Assembly: GCA_038249465.1 (NCBI GenBank)
Contig: JBBRWD010000020.1
Span: forward strand, 10,191-74,190
Direction: 5' to 3'
Origin: Limisphaerales bacterium
Lineage (GTDB): Bacteria > Verrucomicrobiota > Verrucomicrobiia > Limisphaerales > JBBRWD01
DNA length: 64,000 bases
Position numbers and translations under genes: made by a program
Shown: positions 17,594 to 26,700 of the stretch, piece after piece
How the letters are laid out: each line of letters opens with the position of its first letter
How positions within the stretch are numbered: the stretch's first letter is position 1
Notes under the pieces: model-generated
What the model was told of the DNA's origin: nothing
The model's database searches: none
The model's input: the letters and a program-made list of their open reading frames with translations, nothing else

Positions 17594-18949
17594 TCAGTTC
17601 CGGGTAGGCAGAGCCAGCTTGCCGGCGGGCACGAGATCCTTTTCATCCGGGCCGTGCTGGATTTTGTCGTTCAGCAGATAGACGAACACCGCGAAGAGCA
17701 GCAGGTAGATCGCGGTGAAGAGAATCAGCGAACCAAGCACCTCGCCCGCTTTGACCACCGCCGAGAGACCATCCGCGGTGCGCAGGTATCCGTAAACAAT
17801 CCATGGCTGCCGCCCGACTTCGGCCGCGAACCAGCCGAGCTGATTGGCGAGTTGCGGGCCGAGCACCGAGAAGACCAGCAGCCAGAGCAGCCAGCGTTGC
17901 TCGAAGAGCCGGCCGCGCCACCACTGAAAAGCGCTGAACACTGCCAGCGCCATCAGGCTCATGCCGATGGCGATCATGCCGTGGTAAAACTGAAACACGG
18001 GCTGCACCGGCGGACGGTCGGCGGGCGGAAATTCGCGCAACCCCTTCACCGGCTGATCGCTGCCAAGCATGATCCGGCTGATCCAGCGCGGCAGCGGGAT
18101 TCCATGAACCTTCTCCTGTTTTGTGTCCACCCAACCACCGAAGTAGATGGGAAGTTCCGCCGTTTCGTAGTGGCCCTCGAAGGCCGCCATCTTGGCCGGC
18201 TGATTCTTGATCACGCCTGCGGCGCTCTCGTGGCCGGTGACGATTTGCAGCACCGACGCCACCAGTGCCAGCACCAGCCCGACCTTGAGCGAGCCTTGCG
18301 CGAAGTCCACGAAACGCCGCCGGAGCAGATAGAACGCGCTCACGCTGATGACGAGGAAGGCGCCCGCCTGCCACGCGCCGCACAGCGTGTGCGAAAGCCG
18401 GTCCATCGACGAAGGATTGAACACCATCGCCCAGAAATCCGTGATCTCGGCGCGCGCCTTCATGCCTTCGCCGACGATGTGAAAGCCCGCGGGCGTCTGC
18501 TGCCATGAGTTGGCCACCACGATCCAGACCGCGCTGAAATGGGCTCCGAAGCAGACCATGCAGGTGGCGAAGAAATGGACCTTGCGGCTGACCTTGTCCC
18601 AGCCGAACAACAGCACCGCGAGAAAACCGGATTCAAGGAAGAACGCAAAAATGCCCTCAGCCGCCAGCGCGCTGCCGAAGACGTCGCCCACGTAGCGCGA
18701 GTAGGTGGCCCAGTTGGTGCCGAACTCGAACTCCATCACGATCCCGGTGGCGACGCCGATGGCGAAGGTGAGCGCAAAGACCTTGGTCCAGAAGCGCGCC
18801 ATCTGGTGGTAGATGGGCTTGCCCGTCTTGAGCCACAGCCCCTCCATCATCACCAATGCCAGGCCGAGGCCGATGCTCAACGGCGGAAACAGGTAATGAA
18901 ACGCAATCGTGAAGGCGAACTGGATTCGCGACAGCAATAACACATCCAT
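17594..18949 (-). CDS. cydA: cytochrome bd ubiquinol oxidase subunit I
   Basis: ORF 17594..18988 trimmed to [29 protein letters not shown] (canonical CydA start). Also [16 protein letters not shown] near the C-terminus. Confidence 0.95.
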   Translation of the reverse strand: MDVLLLSRIQFAFTIAFHYLFPPLSIGLGLALVMMEGLWLKTGKPIYHQMARFWTKVFALTFAIGVATGIVMEFEFGTNWATYSRYVGDVFGSALAAEGIFAFFLESGFLAVLLFGWDKVSRKVHFFATCMVCFGAHFSAVWIVVANSWQQTPAGFHIVGEGMKARAEITDFWAMVFNPSSMDRLSHTLCGAWQAGAFLVISVSAFYLLRRRFVDFAQGSLKVGLVLALVASVLQIVTGHESAAGVIKNQPAKMAAFEGHYETAELPIYFGGWVDTKQEKVHGIPLPRWISRIMLGSDQPVKGLREFPPADRPPVQPVFQFYHGMIAIGMSLMALAVFSAFQWWRGRLFEQRWLLWLLVFSVLGPQLANQLGWFAAEVGRQPWIVYGYLRTADGLSAVVKAGEVLGSLILFTAIYLLLFAVFVYLLNDKIQHGPDEKDLVPAGKLALPTRN

Positions 18950-19140
18950 ACGCAGCGACGAGGCTACAAGGCTCCCTGCGCGGCGCAAGCCGAGAAGATT
19001 CCGGGCACTCGCTCGGGACGCATTGTTCTCCTGCTACCGAACGCCGCAGGGTGTTTTTCTCTCATCTGATGGAGGAGAAGGCCAGGAGGAGAATCCCCCC
19101 CGAGCAAACTTCGCGCGTTGAAGCTGCGACCGGGTGGCAC

Positions 19141-19210
19141 CCCTCCTCACCCTTCCCTCTCCCCCGCTCCGAGCGGGGGGAGAGGGTGGCCGAAGGCCGG
19201 GTGAGGGGCA
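19141..19210. repeat. G/C-rich cruciform repeat, family R4 (long form)
   Basis: Nested stems cctcaccc/gggtgagg and cctctccccc/gggggagagg around gctccgagc, with a side hairpin ggccgaaggcc. It shares the tccctctccc..agcggg..agaggg..ccgggtgaggg backbone with 6131..6290. Confidence 0.65.
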
Positions 19211-19290
19211 TGCTCATGGAGACAGAGCGCCCTTTACTTCAGTGACACACCCCGCGTCCGGAAATTCTTCCCGACTTTCGTCAGCGCGGA

Positions 19291-19968
19291 TTATCGCTTG
19301 CCCGGTCCCTTCAGCACCTTGACCGGCTCGGGCGTCTTGTAATGCCGCTTCAGGCCGACTTCACTGAGCAGGCCGGCGGGCGCGCGGGAAATGAACTCCG
19401 GGAAACTGCGCTCGACGCGGTCGCGGAGGAGTTTCTGTCCGGTCTTGGAAGCCCAGAAGTCGTCCTCGACTTTGCTCAACGCCATGCCGGCTTCCCCGGC
19501 GGTGAGGTTTTCGGTTTTGGCCAGCAGCCAGACGAGTTCCTGGTCACCGGGCAGGCTGACGGGAAATGGCACGAACTTCGGCTTGAACTCGGGATCTTCC
19601 TCGCCCTCGGCAGCGACCGGGCGCACCTTGATCTCGCCGCTGAATTGCGAGCCGTCGAGCAGTGCCACCTCGACCGCGAGGGATTTCTCCTTGCGGTTCG
19701 GTTTGAGGGTGACATCGCCATCGCCAAAGGAGGCTTTGAACTGGGTTTTGACGCCATCGAGCGTCTTGGCTTCGAGGTCGGGCAGTTCGACCTTGTTGCA
19801 GAACTTGTCGAAAGCGCTGGCGCGGGACTTGGCTTTGAGTTCCGCCTCGACGGCCTGATAAATCTGGCCGGCGAGCTTGGGATCGTGGGTGGCTTTGGGC
19901 AGGACCTTCTTGAGCAGGTCAAGCAGTTGGGACTCGTTGTTCTTCTTCGGTTCAGATTTCGGTTTCAT
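19291..19968 (-). CDS. hypothetical cytoplasmic Lys/Glu-rich protein
   Basis: ORF 19291..20148 trimmed to MKPKSEPKKNNESQ, because the upstream extension is Arg/Ala-rich and runs to within 3 nt of the DJ-1 stop. 225 aa, no signal peptide. No family recognised. Confidence 0.6.
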   Translation of the reverse strand: MKPKSEPKKNNESQLLDLLKKVLPKATHDPKLAGQIYQAVEAELKAKSRASAFDKFCNKVELPDLEAKTLDGVKTQFKASFGDGDVTLKPNRKEKSLAVEVALLDGSQFSGEIKVRPVAAEGEEDPEFKPKFVPFPVSLPGDQELVWLLAKTENLTAGEAGMALSKVEDDFWASKTGQKLLRDRVERSFPEFISRAPAGLLSEVGLKRHYKTPEPVKVLKGPGKR

Positions 19969-20087
19969 GTTTTGAAAATTGGAGGCGTGGTTGTCGTCGA
20001 TTTGCCACCGGAGCGCAATGCGGTTCTGAGCCTGGGAGCGGAATTTCCTCACACGAGCGCCAACTTCCAGCGCGGAAAGGTGGTGAC

Positions 20088-20118
20088 AAAAATTGACCCG
20101 CGGCCGCGATCCGGCCGC
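20088..20118 (-). terminator. possible intrinsic terminator after the DJ-1 gene
   Basis: On the minus strand, gcggccg-gatcg-cggccgc (7-bp GC stem) is followed 6 nt later by a T5 run. The gap between stem and T-run is non-canonical. Confidence 0.3.
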
Positions 20119-20150
20119 CGCTTCGGCGCTCTGCACCGCAGCAGGCACGC

Positions 20151-20693
20151 TCAGGCCATGATGGCCCTGGTGACTTCGTCCGCCGCCGCGTCGCCAAAAA
20201 GCCGGCGCACCAGCGCGAGTCCGAAATCCACCGCCGTGCCGGCCCCGCGCGAGGTGATGAGGAGACCGTCTTCCACCACCCGTTCCCCGGCGAGCGCCTG
20301 CGGCAGTTCCGGGTGAACCGAGAAATGCGCGGTGAAGCGTTTGCCGGCCAGCAATCCCGCGTCGCCCAGCACCGCCGGGGCCGCGCAGATGGCTGCGACC
20401 GGTTTACCCGCGGCGACGAAGTCCCGGGCCAGTTGCGCGGGACGGCCGTCGGCGCGCAGCGCCTTGACGCCCGGACCACCAGGAATCAGCAGCAGGTCAA
20501 AGTCCTGCCCCATCACTTCCCCGAGCGACGCATCGGCTTGCACGACCATCTGGCAGCGGCCCGTGACCAGTTTCTCGCCAATGACTGAGGCGATGACGAC
20601 CTCGGCGCCGGCGCGACGCAGCAGGTCGATGGGCGTGATGGTTTCAATTTCCTCGAATCCGGGAGCCAGCAGGCAGAGGACGCGTTTGGGCAT
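20151..20693 (-). CDS. DJ-1/PfpI family protein (YajL/ThiJ-like)
   Basis: ORF trimmed to MPKRVLCLLAPGFEEIETITPIDLLRRAG. Nucleophile elbow AAICAAPAVL, and FTAHF His. Its start lies 8 nt after the upstream AKR-like stop. Confidence 0.9.
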   Translation of the reverse strand: MPKRVLCLLAPGFEEIETITPIDLLRRAGAEVVIASVIGEKLVTGRCQMVVQADASLGEVMGQDFDLLLIPGGPGVKALRADGRPAQLARDFVAAGKPVAAICAAPAVLGDAGLLAGKRFTAHFSVHPELPQALAGERVVEDGLLITSRGAGTAVDFGLALVRRLFGDAAADEVTRAIMA

Positions 20694-20701
20694 GGCAGAT
20701 C

Positions 20702-21637
20702 TCAGTTGTTCTCCGGCCGGCCGTTGGGCCACGATTGGTTGCGGATGGGGGAGAGGATGTCCAGCACCTCGGCGAGCAGGCGCAGGTCGATCGGTTCATC
20801 CAGCCATTTCACGTTCTCTTTGATGCTTTTGGGATTCGCGGAGCCAACCAGAGTGGTGGCGATTTCACGGCCGCCGACGGCGAATTGCAGGGCGAGTCTG
20901 GCCAGGCTCTCCTTGCGCTTGCGGCAATGGTCTGCGGCGCGTGCGCAGGCGTCGCGAATGGCCGCAGGCGCCGGATGCCAGGCGGGCGGGCCCTTTTCCG
21001 TCAGGAGATTCATGGCGAAAGGCGCGGCGTTCACGATGCCGACACCGTGCGCTTTCAGGAAGGAGAACAACTGCACCAGCGTGATGTCGTAGAGGCAGTA
21101 GTGGCAATACGACTGCACGGCGTCGAGTGATACCTTGTCGAGAACCTTCTTAAAAACTCGCAGCGGCAGCCCGGTAATGCCGATGCGGCGCACCTTGCCC
21201 TGTTGCTTGAGTTTTTGCAGCGCGGGGATCGTTTCTTCGACAATCTGGGCGACCGGCGCAAACTCGACGTCTTGGCATTGAATGAGGTCGATGTGCGCGA
21301 CGCGGAGTCGTTTGAGGCTGTCGTTCACGCCCCGGGTGACGGCCTCGCCGGAGAAATTGATGTTTTCATCGCCCCGCCCATGACGGCCGACGGTCGTCGC
21401 CAGGAGAAAGCTTTCTCGGGTGACCCCCTTGAGCGCCTTGCCGAGCATCGTCTCCGCGCGCGAGCAGCCGTCGTGAGGCGATACGTCGAAGAAATTGATG
21501 CCGAGATCCAGCGCGGTGCGGACCGCGCGAATGGCGTCTTTCTCGTGGACAGGGCCGAACACTCCACCCAAAGGCGATGTTCCAAATCCGAGCACCGACA
21601 CATTCCAGCCCGTCCTGCCAAATTTTCGATAGTGCAT
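20702..21637 (-). CDS. aldo/keto reductase-fold protein with a degenerate catalytic tetrad
   Basis: ORF trimmed to MHYRKFGRTGWNVSVLGFGTSPLGG. The AKR landmarks GINFFDVS, LQKLKQQGKVRRIGITGLP and SYCHY are present. The Tyr, Lys and His tetrad positions read D (SPHDG), T (LATTVG) and Q (LIQCQD). Confidence 0.85.
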   Translation of the reverse strand: MHYRKFGRTGWNVSVLGFGTSPLGGVFGPVHEKDAIRAVRTALDLGINFFDVSPHDGCSRAETMLGKALKGVTRESFLLATTVGRHGRGDENINFSGEAVTRGVNDSLKRLRVAHIDLIQCQDVEFAPVAQIVEETIPALQKLKQQGKVRRIGITGLPLRVFKKVLDKVSLDAVQSYCHYCLYDITLVQLFSFLKAHGVGIVNAAPFAMNLLTEKGPPAWHPAPAAIRDACARAADHCRKRKESLARLALQFAVGGREIATTLVGSANPKSIKENVKWLDEPIDLRLLAEVLDILSPIRNQSWPNGRPENN

Positions 21638-21880
21638 GAGATTCGTGGTGAACTGCCCGCCGGGAATGTCTCTGGCACTCCCTGGCAGCAGCCCCTTGGC
21701 CAGTAACACAGGTTTGGCCGGCCAACAAATATTTTTCCACCGCGGACGGATTTTCTTGCACCTGCAAGCACGGTCGGGGACGATACAGCCGCGTTCCGGG
21801 GTTTTCAGACAGGCTCTTAGCCTTCGGCGCAGTTTTCCAGGGATTGGGATATATCAAGTCGTTGATAAAGTATTTGCCGG

Positions 21881-21954
21881 GTAGGGCGCGTCTGTCCCCA
21901 GCGCGCCGCGACTGTTGCCCCACCGAACGGCCCGCTGGGACAGACGCGCCCCAC
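21881..21954. repeat. REPIN-like inverted REP doublet, family R2
   Basis: Left arm gtagggcgcgtctgtccccagcgcgccg, right arm cggcccgctgggacagacgcgccccac, 19-nt spacer. Each arm is a GTAG head plus the ggcgcg/cgcgcc stem. Copies at 52405..52481 and 61820..61897. Confidence 0.75.
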
Positions 21955-22052
21955 CGCTCTGGGTGCGACGGTGGTGCTGAAGTTCTCACAACGACTTGAT
22001 GCGTGAGCAGCTTTGAGGTGAACAACTCACCCAAGGCTCCCATCCAATCTCC

Positions 22053-25000
22053 ATGAAACCCTCGGCTCATTTTCTCAGGTGCCGCGCGAGCGTCATCGTC
22101 ATCGGACTGCTCGCCGCCCGGGCGCTGCTGGCGCAGAATCTCCTGCCCAATCCCGGCTTTGAAGCAGGCGCCAACGGCCCGACCGGCTGGCGCATCGGTC
22201 AGAGTGAGGGCCAATGGAGTACCAATGCCCACACCGGCCGGCGCGCCATCGCGGTGACGGGTGATGGCAAGAACTCCTTCGCCTGGCGCACGGGTAATTT
22301 GAAGCTCCAGCCGGGCGGCGTGTATCGGCTGAAGTTTCTCGGACGCGCCGCGCCCGGAACGAGCGGTGGCTGCGTCGTTTCTGGCACCAGTCGCGTGAAC
22401 CGCGATTTTCATTTTACCGAAAAGTGGGAGCCTTACAGCTTCACCTTCTCCATGCCGCATGACACGACGAACGACTACGTTCGGCTCGGACAATGGGAGG
22501 TGCGCGGCACAGTGTTCTTCGATGACGTGGCGCTCGTGCCGGTCTGGGTCACGCACGAAGGCTGCCCGTCAACACCACTCGGGATTGGAGAGCGCCTAGT
22601 ATCCAATCGCTATGAGTTCCGCGCCGATTATTCAGGACCTGCCGCGAATTTCCACCGACCGCTCTACATCAACCGCTGCGGATTCAACTCGGATCGTTGG
22701 ACGTTTTCGGGCGGCGCCGAGGTGATCTACCACCACGAAGTAACAAACCGGCTTCAATACGGCGCCCGGTTGAAGATCAACTTGAACTACTACGTCTCCG
22801 GCGAACTGATTGTCGAATACAGCCACCGCGGCAAGGTTTGGACGCCGCTGACGCGCTTCAACGGCGACCGACGATCGGGAACCATTGACCTGCCCGCGGA
22901 CCTTTTTCCTTCCTACACGGTCTTCATTCGATTGACCGCCGGTCCGAAGTCGAATTTCCAGGTCAATGGTTACGAATACGAGGCCACGTTTCGTCGCGGG
23001 ATGCTGGACGCGGGTGACAGCCGCCCGCCGGCGTACAAAGGAGAATCTCAGTTCTTCGCCGTCAACGCGCTCTCCACCAACCTGACGATTCTCGACTGGA
23101 GTCCGGGTGCGCGGGATGGAATTGGCAAATGGCCAAAGATCGAATTTCAAAACTCGCGGAGTGAATTGATATCGGTGGAATACAACATGGATGACCGCAA
23201 GCTGGATGAACCTGATCGTTTTATGGTCCACGCCAACCGTCCAGAGCGGCGCGGGCGTCCACTCCCACCCTGGCTGGTTCGCGCTACCCCGGGGCCGCAC
23301 CGAATCGGCATTGAAGTCACCGGATCAGATCGGGAGGTTCTGCTGTCCGGAGAGACCGAATTCAATGTTGGTTTGCTCGCAGTTTCGAACTTCGGCCACT
23401 GGCTCAATCGGGATGGAATCCACGATGTCTGGTGGTGCGAGAGCGGCTGGAAGGTCGGCGAGAACCGCCCGCCGCCAGCCGTTCCGTTGGACCGTTTGCC
23501 CGAACCGATTACCATGGCCGCCGCGCGCGGGGAAACCGAGGCGGTGCAGATCATTCTTAGCCCAGTCGTCAGTGACCGCCTGATGTCGGTGAAAGTTGGT
23601 CCTTTGAAATCATCCGCAGGCGCAACTGCTCCAGCAACCTTCTCGGTCAATTGCGTGGAGTTCGTCTCGGTGGTGCGCGCGACGGATGATCGCAGTGAGG
23701 CAGGCGATTACCCTGATCCACTGCCGCCGTTCATCGCTGGCACAACCTTGTCCCAAAGGAGGAACCAACCGATCTGGCTCACCGCGAAGGTTCCTCGCGA
23801 AACGCTGCCGGGTGATTATCGCGGCAAGGTGGAAATTAAAACGGAACGCAGGACAATCCAACTCCCACTCGTCCTGCGGGTTTATGACTTCGAACTCCCG
23901 CGCGAAACGCATCTCAAGAGCGCGCTCGGACTCGGCACGCATGACATCAATCGCTATCACGCGCTGACCAACCGCGAGCAGCGCGAGACCGTGTTCGAGA
24001 AGTATCTCCAGAACTTCGCCGAGCATCGCATCAGCCCTTACTCGTTCTTCGATTACGCACCCATCGACATCCGCTTCACCGGCGAAGGCACCAACAAGCG
24101 CGCCGTGGTGGATTTCACCCGCTTCGATGCGGCGGCGAAGAAGTGGCTCGATGAGCAGCACCTGAGCACGTTTCAGTTGCCCTTGCGCGGCATGGGCGGC
24201 GGCACCTTCCAGAGCCGCTCGCTCGGTTCGCTCGAAGGCTTCAAGGAAGGCACGCCCGAGTTCGCGCGGCTGTTTCAGGATTATCTCAGCCAGATCGAGC
24301 ACCACTTGCGTGAGCGCGGCTGGCTCGACAAGGCATTCACCTACTGGTTCGACGAACCGGACCCGAAGGACTACGCGTTCGTGGTGGACGGCATGAAACG
24401 CATCCGCGCCGCTGCGCCGGGCATCCGCCGCATGTTGACCGAGCAACCGGAGAAAGAACTGATCGGCAACGTCGAGATTTGGTGCGGTCTCACGCCGGAG
24501 TGGACGCCGGAGAAGGTGAAAGCGCGTCGCGCCGCCGGCGAGGAAGTGTGGTGGTACATCTGCTGCGTGCCCAAGGCGCCCTACGTGACCGAGTTCATCG
24601 ATCATCCCGGCACCGAGTTGCGCCTCTGGCCGTGGCAGTCATGGCAATATGGCGTGCAGGGCATTCTCATCTGGGCGACGACGTATTGGAACAGCACCGC
24701 CGCATTCCCGCCGCCGAAGTTACAGGACCCTTGGGCCGACCCGATGAGCTACGTCAGCGGCTACGATTTCAAGCCCGGCCACATCGATTATTGGGGCAAC
24801 GGCGACGGGCGCTTCCTGTATCCGCCGAAGCGCGATTACTTGAACGACAAGAAGCCGAGCCTCGATGGCCCGGTGAATTCCATCCGCTGGGAAAACCTCC
24901 GCGACGGGATGGAAGACTACGAATATTTCTGGCTGCTCGATCAGGCGGTGCAGAAAGCGGAGAAGGCAGGCACCCATCGCGACCTGCTCGCCGAGGCGCG

Positions 25001-25118
25001 TGGACTGTTGAAGGTGCCAGAGGAAATCTCGAAGGACCTGACGCATTTCACCACCGACCCACGCCTCATTTTGGCGCATCGAGACAAGATCGCTCGGATG
25101 ATTGAGCGGTTGAAATAG
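22053..25118 (+). CDS. secreted DUF4091 (GH123-like) domain protein with N-terminal CBM-like module
   Basis: Signal peptide (ASVIVIGLLAARALLAQ). NLLPNPGFEAGANGPTGW is a CBM_4_9-like start. The C-terminal segment GNGDGRFLYPP...GPVNSIRWENLRDGMEDYEYFWLL matches my memory of DUF4091. Confidence 0.75.
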   Translation: MKPSAHFLRCRASVIVIGLLAARALLAQNLLPNPGFEAGANGPTGWRIGQSEGQWSTNAHTGRRAIAVTGDGKNSFAWRTGNLKLQPGGVYRLKFLGRAAPGTSGGCVVSGTSRVNRDFHFTEKWEPYSFTFSMPHDTTNDYVRLGQWEVRGTVFFDDVALVPVWVTHEGCPSTPLGIGERLVSNRYEFRADYSGPAANFHRPLYINRCGFNSDRWTFSGGAEVIYHHEVTNRLQYGARLKINLNYYVSGELIVEYSHRGKVWTPLTRFNGDRRSGTIDLPADLFPSYTVFIRLTAGPKSNFQVNGYEYEATFRRGMLDAGDSRPPAYKGESQFFAVNALSTNLTILDWSPGARDGIGKWPKIEFQNSRSELISVEYNMDDRKLDEPDRFMVHANRPERRGRPLPPWLVRATPGPHRIGIEVTGSDREVLLSGETEFNVGLLAVSNFGHWLNRDGIHDVWWCESGWKVGENRPPPAVPLDRLPEPITMAAARGETEAVQIILSPVVSDRLMSVKVGPLKSSAGATAPATFSVNCVEFVSVVRATDDRSEAGDYPDPLPPFIAGTTLSQRRNQPIWLTAKVPRETLPGDYRGKVEIKTERRTIQLPLVLRVYDFELPRETHLKSALGLGTHDINRYHALTNREQRETVFEKYLQNFAEHRISPYSFFDYAPIDIRFTGEGTNKRAVVDFTRFDAAAKKWLDEQHLSTFQLPLRGMGGGTFQSRSLGSLEGFKEGTPEFARLFQDYLSQIEHHLRERGWLDKAFTYWFDEPDPKDYAFVVDGMKRIRAAAPGIRRMLTEQPEKELIGNVEIWCGLTPEWTPEKVKARRAAGEEVWWYICCVPKAPYVTEFIDHPGTELRLWPWQSWQYGVQGILIWATTYWNSTAAFPPPKLQDPWADPMSYVSGYDFKPGHIDYWGNGDGRFLYPPKRDYLNDKKPSLDGPVNSIRWENLRDGMEDYEYFWLLDQAVQKAEKAGTHRDLLAEARGLLKVPEEISKDLTHFTTDPRLILAHRDKIARMIERLK

Positions 25119-25280
25119 GCCGACGGTGGGCAGCCATTCGCGATTTGCATTGTCATGGGTGCCATGCCTGCGAGGGATGCCAGTTGGGTCGGCGAGCAAC
25201 ATGACACTTGCGCCCGATCTCGCTGCGCTTAATCCTTGGCGGAGCGACGAACGAACGACTTCCCATCCGTCCACCGAACT

Positions 25281-26528
25281 ATGCCGCAGCCAGAAATCCG
25301 ATACTTCGACAACAACGCGACCACGTGCATTGCGCCCGAGGTCGTCGAGGCCATGTTGCCCTTTCTCACTGAGCAATGGGGCAATCCATCGAGTGCCTAT
25401 AGCTTCGGCCACCAGATTGCCAAGCACGTCGAGGACGCGCGGGCCAAGGTCGCGGCGCTGCTTCACGCCGACCCGCGCGAGATCATCTTCACGAGCTGCG
25501 GCACCGAGAGCAACAACGCCGCCTGGAACAGCGCGCTGATCACGCAGCCCGGCAAGCGCCACATCATCACCACGGCGGTCGAGCACTCGGCGAACATCAA
25601 CTACGGCCAGTTCCTGCAAAAGCAGGGCTGCGACGTCACCTTCCTGCCGGTCGCTCCCGACGGCTCGCTCGATTTGCATCGCCTCGACCAATCCATCCGT
25701 CCCGACACCGCGCTGGTGTCCGTGATGTGGGCCAACAACGAGACGGGCGTGATTTTTCCGGTGGAGGAAATCGCCGCGCTCTGCCGCAGCAAAGGCGTGC
25801 TGTTCCACACCGATGCCGTGCAAGTGCCCGGCAAGCTGCCAATCGACGTGAAGTCGATGGGTTGTGATTTCCTCTCGCTGTCCGCGCACAAGCTGCATGC
25901 GCCAAAGGGCATTGGGATGCTTTACGTGAAGCGGCGGACGAAGTTTCAGCCGTTCGTCATCGGCGGACACCAGGAGCGCGGGAAACGCGGCGGCACGGAG
26001 AATGTGCCTTACATCGTGGCCTTCGGCCGCGCGGCAGAACTGGCGATGGCGCGGTTGCGAGACGAGAACGAGCGGGTGCGCGCGCTGCGCGATCGTCTTG
26101 AAGACACGATTCTGCGCACCGTCCCCTACACCAGCCGCAATGGCGCCAAGGACCCGCGCCTGCCGAACACGTCGAACATCGCCTTCGATTTCGTGGAAGC
26201 GGAGGCGATCCTGTTGTTGCTCGATCAGGCGGGCATCTGCGCGTCGAGCGGTTCCGCCTGCACCACTGGCTCGCTGGATCCGTCGCACGTCCTCAGCGCA
26301 ATGGGGCTGACTCCGATGCGCGCGCGCGGTTCGCTGCGCATCAGCCTTGGCTTCTACAACTCGGACACCGACGTGGATTATCTCCTGGAGAAACTGCCGC
26401 CGATCATCGCGAAGCTGCGCGCCATTTCACCGCTCAACCCGGAGCATCCGGACAACGTGCAATACGATGTCGAAGCCGCGCGGAAGAAGCATGAGGAGGA
26501 AATGGCGCAGGCCACGGGCGCGGACTGA
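25281..26528 (+). CDS. cysteine desulfurase, class I (NifS/IscS type)
   Basis: ORF trimmed to MPQPEIRYFDNNATT. SLSAHKLHAPKGIG carries the PLP Lys. SSGSACTTGSLDPSHVL carries the catalytic Cys loop. Confidence 0.9.
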   Translation: MPQPEIRYFDNNATTCIAPEVVEAMLPFLTEQWGNPSSAYSFGHQIAKHVEDARAKVAALLHADPREIIFTSCGTESNNAAWNSALITQPGKRHIITTAVEHSANINYGQFLQKQGCDVTFLPVAPDGSLDLHRLDQSIRPDTALVSVMWANNETGVIFPVEEIAALCRSKGVLFHTDAVQVPGKLPIDVKSMGCDFLSLSAHKLHAPKGIGMLYVKRRTKFQPFVIGGHQERGKRGGTENVPYIVAFGRAAELAMARLRDENERVRALRDRLEDTILRTVPYTSRNGAKDPRLPNTSNIAFDFVEAEAILLLLDQAGICASSGSACTTGSLDPSHVLSAMGLTPMRARGSLRISLGFYNSDTDVDYLLEKLPPIIAKLRAISPLNPEHPDNVQYDVEAARKKHEEEMAQATGAD

Positions 26529-26577
26529 AGGAACACCTGCGGTCGGATGCGCGGGATGCCTTTGCCGCACTGATTGT

Positions 26578-26700
26578 GTCGCAAGCTTCCAGCTTGCGAC
26601 CGTCTCACCAATCCTCCGGATTGGTCGGTATTCAGCGCGGTTTGCTCGCCAAGCTGGAAGCTTGGCGGGACGGCCGCAAACCGGAGGTTTGCGCCACTAC
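26578..26700. repeat. cluster of four short GC stem-loops, family R3, between convergent genes
   Basis: gtcgcaagc-ttcca-gcttgcgac, ccaatcc-tccg-gattgg, ccaagc-tggaa-gcttgg, gcaaacc-gga-ggtttgc. The minus-strand reading starts with gtagtggcgc, whose TAG is the hisA stop codon. Confidence 0.65.

Noticed and set aside
16532-18508. 658-aa ORF on the plus strand, with similar long ORFs at 20..1036 (+), 4522..5955 (-), 24720..26288 (-), 27632..29626 (+), 32253..33554 (-), 45294..46847 (-), 49447..50796 (+) and 54089..55735 (-).
   Set aside because: All lie antisense to genes with strong family motifs (cydAB, spermidine-synthase-like, NifS-type, M3 peptidase, aroB, permease, CNNM, BaiN). Their products are Arg/Ala/Gly/His/Pro-rich low-complexity strings with no motifs. 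This is the usual stop-codon-poor antisense frame of a high-GC genome.
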